Source: an uncultured delta proteobacterium
GTDB lineage: Bacteria; Myxococcota_A; Polyangia; Fen-1088
Reading direction: 5' to 3'
DNA length: 64,000 bases
Assembly: GCA_963755125.1 (NCBI GenBank)
Contig: CAVWIP010000002.1
Location: forward strand, 1-64,000
Shown here: piece by piece, positions 28,264 to 36,832 of the stretch
How the letters are laid out: each line of letters starts with the position of its first letter
Numbering within the stretch: the first letter of the stretch is position 1
Program-made: the position numbers and the translations under genes
Notes under the pieces: model-generated
Seen by the model: the letters and a program-made list of their open reading frames with translations, nothing else
What the model was told of the DNA's origin: nothing
Databases searched by the model: none

Positions 28264-29784
28264 TCAACTGTGCCCGGCAATTTCCATCTCGGCCTCGGCT
28301 TGCAGGCTGGTGCGGTCGCGGTTGACTGTGGCTGTGGCGAGCCGCCTGTTGTCCTTCCAATAGGCCACGCAGCAGTCGTGGGCCATGGGATCGCCGTCGA
28401 TCTGAATGCGATCCCAGCTTTCCGCGTGGCCGACATAGGCAATCGTCACGTCGAAGTGAGCACTCCAGAAGAACGGCACGGCTTCGAACCGCTCGCGCGC
28501 GCCAAGGATGTTGCGCGCCGCCGTCTGGCCCTGGCGTTGGGCCACGGCCCAGTGCTCGACGCGGATGAGAGCTCCGCTGTGTGGGTCCGGCCATCTTGCG
28601 ATGTCTCCTGCGGCGAAAATGCCCACCGCGGACGTTTCCAAGTACGCGTTCACCTTCACACCGCGATCGAGTTCCAGGCCCGCGCTTTTCGCCAGAGCGA
28701 GATCGGGTTCAACGCCGGTCCCCATCACCACCAGATCTGCGGCCAGCAAGGCCCCGTTTGACAGAACCACCTGGTTGCCATTGATGGCGACGGGCGTCTG
28801 ACCCAAGTGAAAGACGATGCCGTGGGACTCATGAATGGTCCGGATCATTTCCGCCAGCTCCGCACCCAGAATCCGTTTCAGCGGGAGTGCCTCCGGGGCG
28901 ACGATTTGCACTTCCAGTCCACGAGTCCGCAGCGACGCGGCGACCTCCAATCCAATGAAGCCCGCTCCGATGACGACGGCGTTTTTGGCAGTTTTCGCGC
29001 GTTCAATCAGGGCTCGGCTGTCGGCCATGTTCCGCAAGGTCAGCACGTGGACCAGATCCGCGCCGGGAATGCGCAAGCGGCGGGGCTGCGCGCCCGTGGC
29101 CAGCAAGAGTGCGCCAAAGGGCAGGGTTGCTCCGCCCTGCAACACCACCTGGTGCGCCTTCACGTCGATGCTCGCCACCCGCGTGCTCGTGCGCAGGTCG
29201 ATGCCCTGTTCCCGATAGATTTCACGAGAGCGGAGCCACATCCATTCCTCGGGCGCGTTCCCCGCGAGGTAGTCCTTGGAGAGGTTGGGCCTGTCGTAGG
29301 GGATCTCGGGATCCGCGCCCACGAGCGTGATGGGGCCCGGGTAACCTTCACGACGAAGCATGTCCGCGGCGGCACTTCCGGCCGCCCCGGTTCCGATGAT
29401 GACAATCGATGAGGGACTTGAGGCCGGCGCGCGTGTCGGCACGGGGCCGCGTTTTCCGTTGACCAAGACCTGATTTCCGACGCGCTCCACCTCGAAGCGG
29501 TCGAGGGAATTCAGTGCTGGCGCGGTCAGCGCATCGCCGCTACGAAAAGAAAAGCGAGCGTGATGCCACGGGCAGTGCACGGTGTCCCCCACCGCCAGCC
29601 CTTCCTCCAGCGGCGCCCCATAGTGAGAGCAACGAGCTCCAATGGCCAAGACTTCCTCGCCGTGGCGCACCAGAAGCACGGGCTCGCCCCGAAAATGACC
29701 CTCGACAGGGATTCCATCCCGAAGTTGGTCGATTGAGATTCCGGCGGCAAGGTCTGGACCTTTGAGCGGGGCTGGCTCGGACAT
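28264..29784 (-). CDS. Rieske domain + FAD/NAD oxidoreductase (AIF-like)
   Basis: CSHYG and CPWHH Rieske ligands; PYDRPNLSK, GAGFIGLE, AAGDIA, VPFFWS. Confidence 0.92.
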   Translation of the reverse strand: MSEPAPLKGPDLAAGISIDQLRDGIPVEGHFRGEPVLLVRHGEEVLAIGARCSHYGAPLEEGLAVGDTVHCPWHHARFSFRSGDALTAPALNSLDRFEVERVGNQVLVNGKRGPVPTRAPASSPSSIVIIGTGAAGSAAADMLRREGYPGPITLVGADPEIPYDRPNLSKDYLAGNAPEEWMWLRSREIYREQGIDLRTSTRVASIDVKAHQVVLQGGATLPFGALLLATGAQPRRLRIPGADLVHVLTLRNMADSRALIERAKTAKNAVVIGAGFIGLEVAASLRTRGLEVQIVAPEALPLKRILGAELAEMIRTIHESHGIVFHLGQTPVAINGNQVVLSNGALLAADLVVMGTGVEPDLALAKSAGLELDRGVKVNAYLETSAVGIFAAGDIARWPDPHSGALIRVEHWAVAQRQGQTAARNILGARERFEAVPFFWSAHFDVTIAYVGHAESWDRIQIDGDPMAHDCCVAYWKDNRRLATATVNRDRTSLQAEAEMEIAGHS

Positions 29785-29967
29785 GGATGCCTCCCCCGGT
29801 TGGATGACTCAGGGTCGTGGAAATGACCGGAGCGGCACGCGAGTTCGCGATCGCGACAGGGGCGCCGGCCCCTCATGATGAGAGTGATGGGCATCCAGCA
29901 GTGGCGCACATGGCGCCGGTGCGCGGGTTTCGGGAAACTATTCGCACAGTGTCAGTGCGGAGTGTGA

Positions 29968-30558
29968 TTACCAAGGTAGATAGTCAGGGCCGTACACCAT
30001 TCGGCCACCGAAGTCGGCTGCCACCAGGACCAGGCCCGTTGCCGCGAAAACGAGCGCCAGGTAGGCGACACGCGACGACCCTTGCAGACGGTTGCGTCGC
30101 AGGAGCCGGAGCGCAAACGCGGCCAGAACCAGGCCGGTCACCGCAAAGTTGAGGGTTCGGTGCGCGACCAGTAGGGCGTGGACGTCCGACGGCATGTGGG
30201 CTGCACGCAAGAGCCCGGTCGCGGCTGTCGGCACCAGGCTGAGCACCGTCCCACCCAGCACGAAGATGCCCGCACGCTGCCAGGCTTCGCGCTTCAACAC
30301 GAGGCCGAAGAAGTCGATGAACGCCAGCCCCACCAGCCATGCGATGGGAAAGTGCACCAGCGCCGGGTGCAGCCGGCCGACAAAATCGCCAAAGCCGGTC
30401 GGCTTGCCCTCGGCTTCCGCCGGGGTCACGGTCTGGATATCGCCGAGTTGTTCCACTGCCGGCCCCGTGTCCGCCGCGTAGACCGGGGTGGCCAGCATCA
30501 AAGCCAGCGCGAACGAAACCAGAGCCGCCAACACAGTTGGGATCGCCAAGCGTCGCAT
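29968..30558 (-). CDS. DUF2231-like membrane protein
   Basis: HPALVHFPIA, four TM helices, GGRMVY. Confidence 0.82.
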   Translation of the reverse strand: MRRLAIPTVLAALVSFALALMLATPVYAADTGPAVEQLGDIQTVTPAEAEGKPTGFGDFVGRLHPALVHFPIAWLVGLAFIDFFGLVLKREAWQRAGIFVLGGTVLSLVPTAATGLLRAAHMPSDVHALLVAHRTLNFAVTGLVLAAFALRLLRRNRLQGSSRVAYLALVFAATGLVLVAADFGGRMVYGPDYLPW

Positions 30559-30565
30559 GTTCCCC

Positions 30566-30976
30566 CTACAGGGTCACGATGACTTGCTCAGCCACCAGTT
30601 CGGCGGCGTGGGTCTCCAGCGGTCGAGCGGCTGGCCCGTGGATGACATGGCCGTCCAGGTCGAACTGCGAGCCGTGGCAAGGGCATTTGATCTTGCGGTC
30701 GCTCGCGCTGAACGCGACCACACATTGCCGGTGCGTGCATATCGGGTTGAAGGCGCGCACCGTGGTCGTGCTGTCGCGCACGAGCAGAAGCAGCTTGTCC
30801 TTCAGCTTGAGGGCAATCGAGCCACCCACGGACTTCAGCGTCTCCAACTTGGCCAGCGGGATGGCGACCTTGCTTCCCTCTGCGCGCGCTGCGACCGTGG
30901 GCCACGCCAGCAGCGTGCCCAGGCTCAGGCCCGAGCCCAAAAGGAAGCGACGACGGCCAAACACCGAAGTGGACAT
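30566..30976 (-). CDS. Tat-exported Rieske 2Fe-2S protein
   Basis: RRRFLL, CTHRQC, CPCHGSQFD, GPAARPL. Confidence 0.92.
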   Translation of the reverse strand: MSTSVFGRRRFLLGSGLSLGTLLAWPTVAARAEGSKVAIPLAKLETLKSVGGSIALKLKDKLLLLVRDSTTTVRAFNPICTHRQCVVAFSASDRKIKCPCHGSQFDLDGHVIHGPAARPLETHAAELVAEQVIVTL

Positions 30977-30993
30977 GAAGAACTCCTTGAGGG

Positions 30994-31917
30994 TCAGAGA
31001 TTGAATTCGCGCGTGATGGTGAAGCCCACGATGAGGTCGTGGATGCCACGGCTGGTGTTGGCCACCAGACCATCGGCGGTGATGTACTGCGAGTTGCTGA
31101 AGATGAGAGCGAAGGTGTGACGATAGCTGATGATCTTCAAGGCCGAAGACAACACCGGGTATTTCGCGTGATGGCCAGCCACGTTGAATGAAGCCTCGGC
31201 GTCCCAGGCCAGGAAGGTCTGCAATCGCACCTCCAGCGCAGCCGGGACGGCCAGGGCATACTCCTGGCTGCGACTGGTACGGGCATCGTTGCTCGCATTC
31301 GAATGATAGAGCACGCCACTCGACAGCCAAAGGCGCTCGCGCAGCGGGCGGCTGACGATGAGTTGGGCGAAGCCACCGCCCGAATCCGGACCCTGATACA
31401 TCGCATACCAGGTTCCCCCAGCGCGCACTGCCACGTCAACGAAGTAACAGTCGGCGCGCAGTGCCCAGTACTTCGCATCGAATTGGTAGACGTCGAATAG
31501 GTCGGGACCGTTACTCAGCCGCTGCACGCCCACTTCCAGATTGTCCAGGATGCCATAGCGCAGGGTGAGCCCGATCTTGAGCGAACCAAAATCGAAGCCG
31601 AGCCCATCACGAAAGGCGTTGCTCTGGAATGCCTCGTACGCGCGGTGGTCGACTAGAAAGTTGAGCGCACGGGCTCTGGTGGTGCGGGCGTTCATGATAT
31701 TGATCGCGCGCTCGATGCGCGGATAGTTCTCGGGGTCGAGCCAGAGATCGAAGACCTGCGGGTTGTCGATCTGCTCAATGGTCGCCTCGGGTACCCTTGG
31801 TTGGGGCGAGCCGTCTTGCGCTCGGGCAGTGGGGGCTGCCACGACCCACAGTCCAACCGCCAGCGCCACGCTGGTCTGGAGAGTCGCGCACGGGATGCAG
31901 ATAGGTCGCAAATTCAT
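30994..31917 (-). CDS. Outer-membrane beta-barrel (DUF5777-like)
   Basis: LNFLVDHR, LRYGILDNLEVG, HTFALIFSNS, GFTITREF. Confidence 0.7.
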   Translation of the reverse strand: MNLRPICIPCATLQTSVALAVGLWVVAAPTARAQDGSPQPRVPEATIEQIDNPQVFDLWLDPENYPRIERAINIMNARTTRARALNFLVDHRAYEAFQSNAFRDGLGFDFGSLKIGLTLRYGILDNLEVGVQRLSNGPDLFDVYQFDAKYWALRADCYFVDVAVRAGGTWYAMYQGPDSGGGFAQLIVSRPLRERLWLSSGVLYHSNASNDARTSRSQEYALAVPAALEVRLQTFLAWDAEASFNVAGHHAKYPVLSSALKIISYRHTFALIFSNSQYITADGLVANTSRGIHDLIVGFTITREFNL

Positions 31918-32151
31918 CCTGGGTTTCTCCTTGCCACGGGCGATCAGACCGCACAGCACAGTCCAAGTATCCAAGAAGCCGTCTGACTCCGATGCCGCAA
32001 GCCCGTCCCGCGTTACCACCACCTGACCGGCGACATGTTCGACAGACTTCCACCATCCAACGGACGGCACCTAACCCGGGGACGCACGCAGGCGCCTTGG
32101 TTTCTAAGAACGATAGGAACCTTCAACAACAGTCTTCCAACGGAGAAAACA

Positions 32152-33111
32152 ATGATCTCTGCACGGACAGCTTGCGGTGGTGTGTTGGCAATTGGATTGA
32201 TGTCGTTGGCCGCATGTTCAAGCAGCAGCGGCCCGGGCAGCAGCGGGTCCGGCGGAAGCACGGGACTCGGGGGCGCTGGGGGCAGCAGTGCGGCGTCGGC
32301 AGCGGGCGGGGTGACGGCAGCGGGCGGGAATACATTGGCCGGAGGAAGCACGGTGACCGGCGGGGCAACGGTGGTCGGAGGGACCACGGTGGCAGGCGGA
32401 GCTACCGTGACGACGGGGACGACGGCAGCAGGCGGAACCACCCTGACCGGCGGGGCGACGGTGGTCGGAGGGACCACGGTGGCAGGCGGAGCTACCGTGA
32501 CGACGGGGACGACGGCACCGGGGGGAGCCACGGAGTCCGGCGGAACCACATCGGCCGGCGGAGCCACAACCAGTGGGGGTGCGACGGCGGTCGGCGGGAC
32601 TACGGTGGTAGGTGGATCAACCGTGACGGCTGGGGCGACGGCAGCGGGAACCACGTTGACTGGTGGGGCGACGGGCGGAAGAACAGCGACAGGCGGAGCC
32701 ACGGTGACGGGCGGGACGACGGCAGCGGGCGGAACCACAGTGACTGGCGGAACCACGGCAAGTGGTGGCTCTACCGGCGCGGATGCTGGTGCCGCCTGCC
32801 ATCAGCCAGGCACGCTTACAGCGACGAATAGTGGAATGATTGCCTGGCTGATCGATCAGGTGGCGAATCCCACCCTCACCTTCTGCCGCGGAAGTACCTA
32901 CACGTTCGCCGTGAATGCCCCCGGGCATCCCTTCTACATCAAGACCGTGAGGTCGAACGGGACAGCCAACGCCTACAGTTCGGGCGTCACCGGGAATGGA
33001 ACAGAATCCGGAAACGTCACGTTTTTTGTTCCCGCCGATGCCCCCGACACGCTGTTCTACGACTGTGCTGTTCACCTCGCGATGGGCGGCACCATCAACA
33101 TCGTGAACTGA
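32152..33111 (+). CDS. Lipoprotein with C-terminal cupredoxin-like domain
   Basis: LAAC lipobox, GT linker with a 90-bp-period duplication, GHPFYI..LFYDCAVHLAMGG. Confidence 0.78.
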   Translation: MISARTACGGVLAIGLMSLAACSSSSGPGSSGSGGSTGLGGAGGSSAASAAGGVTAAGGNTLAGGSTVTGGATVVGGTTVAGGATVTTGTTAAGGTTLTGGATVVGGTTVAGGATVTTGTTAPGGATESGGTTSAGGATTSGGATAVGGTTVVGGSTVTAGATAAGTTLTGGATGGRTATGGATVTGGTTAAGGTTVTGGTTASGGSTGADAGAACHQPGTLTATNSGMIAWLIDQVANPTLTFCRGSTYTFAVNAPGHPFYIKTVRSNGTANAYSSGVTGNGTESGNVTFFVPADAPDTLFYDCAVHLAMGGTINIVN

Positions 33112-33138
33112 CACCCCTGGTGGAATGGAACCGCCCGC

Positions 33139-33154
33139 TGGCCCCCGTCTTGCA
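33139..33154 (+). promoter_or_regulatory. Putative sigma54 -24/-12 promoter
   Basis: TGG-CCCCCGTCTT-GCA, GG-N10-GC spacing, ~55 bp upstream of 33208. Confidence 0.55.
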
Positions 33155-33207
33155 CTCCAGGAGAGCTGCGCACCACGTGGCGCGCACTGGTCACAAGGAG
33201 GGAGGCC

Positions 33208-34182
33208 ATGTCGAAATCCGAGAATCTGCACGTAATCATTCTGGCGAGTGGAGAGGATCATTCTCTCAAGTCGCTTACCGAGGCGATCAGTGGAGTCGAC
33301 ATTCCAAAGCAGTTTGCCTTGATCGCTGGCAGCGGCTCCTTGTTGCAGCAGACGGTCTCGCGCTATGCGAGCCAGGTGCCGGCGGAGCGTATGGTCGTGG
33401 TGGTGGCGTCGGCGTACGAAGCGGTGGCACGCGTGCAGTTGCGCGAGTGGCCTGGTATCGATCTCATCACACGGCCGGCGGGATGCGGTGCTGGCCTCGA
33501 CCTGCTCTTGGCGCTGGGACGCGTCTTTTCGCGCTCACCCGGCGCGCGCGTGGTGGTGACGCCGGCCGATCACTACGTGCCCCGTCCCGAGGCGTTGCTG
33601 AACTCGGTGGTAGCCGCGAGCAGGGCGTTGGACCGGGCTGCGGTGATTCTCGTTGGCGTGACCGATCGCCACCGGATGGGTAGGCAGGCATGGATCGTGC
33701 CGGGCAGGCCGCTGGGCGGGCGAATTCTTTCCGTGGAACGGTGGGGAGACCGAGCCTCTCCGCAGCAGGCGGCGCAACTTGCGGCGGCCGGCGCGCTGTG
33801 GGACACGTCGACGGTCGTCGCTCGCGTCGAGCACCTGTGGTACCTGGCTGCGCGCCAGTTGCCCATGCAGGCCGAGGCCGTGGCCTGTTTTTGGGCGGGA
33901 AGGCCCTTACTCGCAAGCGCCGCGGCGACGGCCTGCCTCGAGTTGCCGGCGCTTCAGCTCAACGGCGCGCTTCTGCGCGGAGCCAAGGATCTTGCAGTGA
34001 TTCCAGTACACGGCGCGGGCTGGACAGAGTGGACCTCTACCCAGGATGTGATTGACTCGATCGAGGATCGAAAGGAGCTGGATCTTCTTCTCTCAAGTAT
34101 CTTGGCGCGGCAGCGGGCATCCGGGCGGACCGAACTGCGCAGGCGCGCGCAAGCGAACTCAGACCACGCCACGGCTGCTTGA
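33208..34182 (+). CDS. Mannose-1-phosphate guanylyltransferase-like nucleotidyltransferase (degenerate)
   Basis: ILASG, PKQF, LLQQTVSR, TPADHYV, GALWDT, GWTEW. Confidence 0.72.
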   Translation: MSKSENLHVIILASGEDHSLKSLTEAISGVDIPKQFALIAGSGSLLQQTVSRYASQVPAERMVVVVASAYEAVARVQLREWPGIDLITRPAGCGAGLDLLLALGRVFSRSPGARVVVTPADHYVPRPEALLNSVVAASRALDRAAVILVGVTDRHRMGRQAWIVPGRPLGGRILSVERWGDRASPQQAAQLAAAGALWDTSTVVARVEHLWYLAARQLPMQAEAVACFWAGRPLLASAAATACLELPALQLNGALLRGAKDLAVIPVHGAGWTEWTSTQDVIDSIEDRKELDLLLSSILARQRASGRTELRRRAQANSDHATAA

Positions 34183-34263
34183 AGAGGCGCCGGTTGGTGC
34201 GCCGCTACGAATCGGTAGCGGCGCTGCCTGGCAGTGCCACCAGATGGAAACGCAGTTTTTTCG

Positions 34264-34815
34264 TCAGTCCTGCTTCCATTTGATGGAACATCCAAGTGAC
34301 GGGTGCTGATCGGGCGACGGCCTCTTGCCCTCGAGCATGGCTTCGATTGCCTCTGCCAGATCGCGACGTGTCACCTTGGCGGGATCCTTCCAGGAATCGT
34401 CGATGCGACCACGGTAGGCCAGACGGCGTTCGCGGTCGAACACGAAGGTGTCCGGCGTGCACACGGCATCGAAGGCGTGGGCCACGGCCTGCGATTCGTC
34501 GTGCAAGTACGGGAAACCGTATTGCTTGAGTTCCCAATGTTCCTTCAGCCTGTCAAACGCGTCCTCGGGATAAGTCACGGCGTCGTTGGAGCAGATGCCC
34601 ACGAACTGCACACTTCGGGGCGTGTAGGCGCGAGCCAGGCCGAGCAGGCGGTCCTCCACCGCCTTCACGTACGGGCAATGGTTGCAGATGAACATCACCA
34701 CCAGCACAGGGGCCTTCGCGAAGTCGTCCCTGGCATATGTCTTTCCATCCGTCGCCGGAAGGCGAAAGTCCGGGCAAGGAAAACCAATGTTGGAAACACT
34801 GCTTGAAACCGCCAT
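34264..34815 (-). CDS. Thioredoxin-family (AhpC/TSA-like) protein
   Basis: FICNHCPYV, ACTPD-like motif, YRGRIDD, GCSIKW. Confidence 0.92.
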   Translation of the reverse strand: MAVSSSVSNIGFPCPDFRLPATDGKTYARDDFAKAPVLVVMFICNHCPYVKAVEDRLLGLARAYTPRSVQFVGICSNDAVTYPEDAFDRLKEHWELKQYGFPYLHDESQAVAHAFDAVCTPDTFVFDRERRLAYRGRIDDSWKDPAKVTRRDLAEAIEAMLEGKRPSPDQHPSLGCSIKWKQD

Positions 34816-34875
34816 GGTCCTCAGAGAATACCACTTCGATTCAAGGTCGCGCCATCAGCAAGCAGTGCGCCGCCA

Positions 34876-36705
34876 CTACGCGGCCAGCGCGCCGGCGAGC
34901 GGGAGCCGGACGATGAACTCCGCTCCCTTGCCAATGCCCTTGCTGTGTGCGCTGACGTCTCCGCCGTGCAGCCCGACCAGCCCCTCTACCAACGCCAGTC
35001 CAAGCCCGAGGCCGCCTTTGCTTCGATCCAGGGTGTCATCGGCCTGCATGAAGGGCTGGAAGACGTGCGGCAGCAACTCGGGTGGAATGCCGACGCCAGA
35101 GTCCCCGACCCGGATGATGACTCGCTTCGCCACCTCGTCGACGCCGACGGACACCTGGGTGCGACCGCCACGGCCGGTGAACTTGGCCGCGTTCTGCAGC
35201 AGATTCCCTACCACTTGCGCCAGGCGCGTCCGGTCGCCGTTCACGGCAATGCGCTCGGCCGGCAGCTCGGCTTCGAGGTGAACCTCGCTCTCCTCGAAAA
35301 GCGAGCGATGGTCCTCGATGGTTCGCCGCACCAGCTCGGTCACGTCCAGCAACTCGCACTGCAGCCGGATCTTGTTTCTCGCAATGCGGGTCACGTCGAG
35401 CAGATCGTCGACGAGACGGACCAGGTGCGTGACCTGCCGATCGATGATGGCCTGAGCCCGGCGCGCCTGGTCGCCACCTGGGGCGGCGCGATCCAGAACG
35501 ACAAGACTGTTGCGGATGGGCGCGAGCGGGTTGCGCAGCTCGTGGGAAAGCACGGCGAGAAACTCATCCTTGCGCCGGTCGGCCTCACGCAGCGCCTCCT
35601 GGGTTCTAATCAGGTCGGTGATGTCGGTGCAGACCGTGACCGCTCCGACAGCCTGACCGCCCAACTGCAAGGGAGCGGACGAAAATGATACGACCATCTC
35701 CTGACCGTCTCGCCGGGTGAGAACGAATCGCTCCCCGAGAACTCGTTCGCCCTTCAGCGCGCGAGCGGTGGGCAGCTCCTCGCGGACCAAAGGACGCCCG
35801 TCGAGCCGACGGGAGGACAGACGTCTGGCCAGGGTCTCGATGTCAACCCCGACCGGGTCGATGTCATAAAGCGCTCGCGCCGCAGCGTTGGCGCGAACCA
35901 TCGACCCGGCGGCGTCGTACACCATGATCCCATGGGTCATCGCCGCAAACGCGGCCTCCAACTCGGCAGCATTGCGCCGGGCCGCCGCCTCGGCCTGCTC
36001 CCGTGCGGCAGCGTGCTTCTCCAGCCCCCTGCCCCACAACGTGAGACCCACGACCCCCAGCAGCCAAAGCAGTCCGTGGACAATCGAAGTGCGCGCGATC
36101 TGTGGTCTCTCGATGGCCAGGATCGGCTCCATCGGAACGGCGACGCTGATCCCGCCCCGGATGTCGCCTTCCTTGTAGCCCTGTTGAGCGTGGCATGTGA
36201 GACAGGGCTTCTCTGTCAGCAGGGGCCGCATCAGGCGCAGGTCCTCCCGTCCATCCTTGCTTTCGAGCGCACTCACCTCCATGACTCCGGCCTCGAAGGA
36301 CGTCAGCGCAGCCGTCTCGAACGCGTCGGGAGCATTTTCGGGGCGCAGCGGTTTGAGGCTGGTGAGGTGTGCTCGGCTGCTACGGCCCAACTGCGCCAGT
36401 TGGTTCACCTGGCGGACCATGTAAGCGGGATTGAGCAGCGTCAGAGACAGGCCAGAGGTCGTCGTGACATCCCGATTGGGGACACTGAGATGGGGATTGG
36501 GGGGCGTGTGCTCCGACACCGGCACGTACACGCCGCCCTGCTGCGCCGCCCATCTGCGGTAGAGGACGTCGTTGTCGAAAGTCACCTGGGCGCTGATGCG
36601 CGCGATCTCGATGGTCTTGTCCCTCTGCTCGTGCAGGTTCCATACGAGAGAAGCGGCGAGGCACGCTGTCCAGAGTGCGGCCAAAAGGCGGGCCTGATGC
36701 CTCAT
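34876..36705 (-). CDS. Sensor histidine kinase with periplasmic heme-c (DUF3365/Tll0287-like) and PAS domains
   Basis: LNPAYMVRQ, CLTCH, GDIRGGISV, SHELRNP, NAAKFT, GLGLGL. Confidence 0.9.
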   Translation of the reverse strand: MRHQARLLAALWTACLAASLVWNLHEQRDKTIEIARISAQVTFDNDVLYRRWAAQQGGVYVPVSEHTPPNPHLSVPNRDVTTTSGLSLTLLNPAYMVRQVNQLAQLGRSSRAHLTSLKPLRPENAPDAFETAALTSFEAGVMEVSALESKDGREDLRLMRPLLTEKPCLTCHAQQGYKEGDIRGGISVAVPMEPILAIERPQIARTSIVHGLLWLLGVVGLTLWGRGLEKHAAAREQAEAAARRNAAELEAAFAAMTHGIMVYDAAGSMVRANAAARALYDIDPVGVDIETLARRLSSRRLDGRPLVREELPTARALKGERVLGERFVLTRRDGQEMVVSFSSAPLQLGGQAVGAVTVCTDITDLIRTQEALREADRRKDEFLAVLSHELRNPLAPIRNSLVVLDRAAPGGDQARRAQAIIDRQVTHLVRLVDDLLDVTRIARNKIRLQCELLDVTELVRRTIEDHRSLFEESEVHLEAELPAERIAVNGDRTRLAQVVGNLLQNAAKFTGRGGRTQVSVGVDEVAKRVIIRVGDSGVGIPPELLPHVFQPFMQADDTLDRSKGGLGLGLALVEGLVGLHGGDVSAHSKGIGKGAEFIVRLPLAGALAA

Positions 36706-36832
36706 TCGTGACTTAGATGTCACAAACGGGCAGGTATGTCAGTACCGTGGTAGACATGCGTTCCTTGAGAACCTGACGGATGTCTAAGCTTGTCGGCGCT
36801 CGTTGGTTGACGGGCCACCTTGAGGTGTGTCC

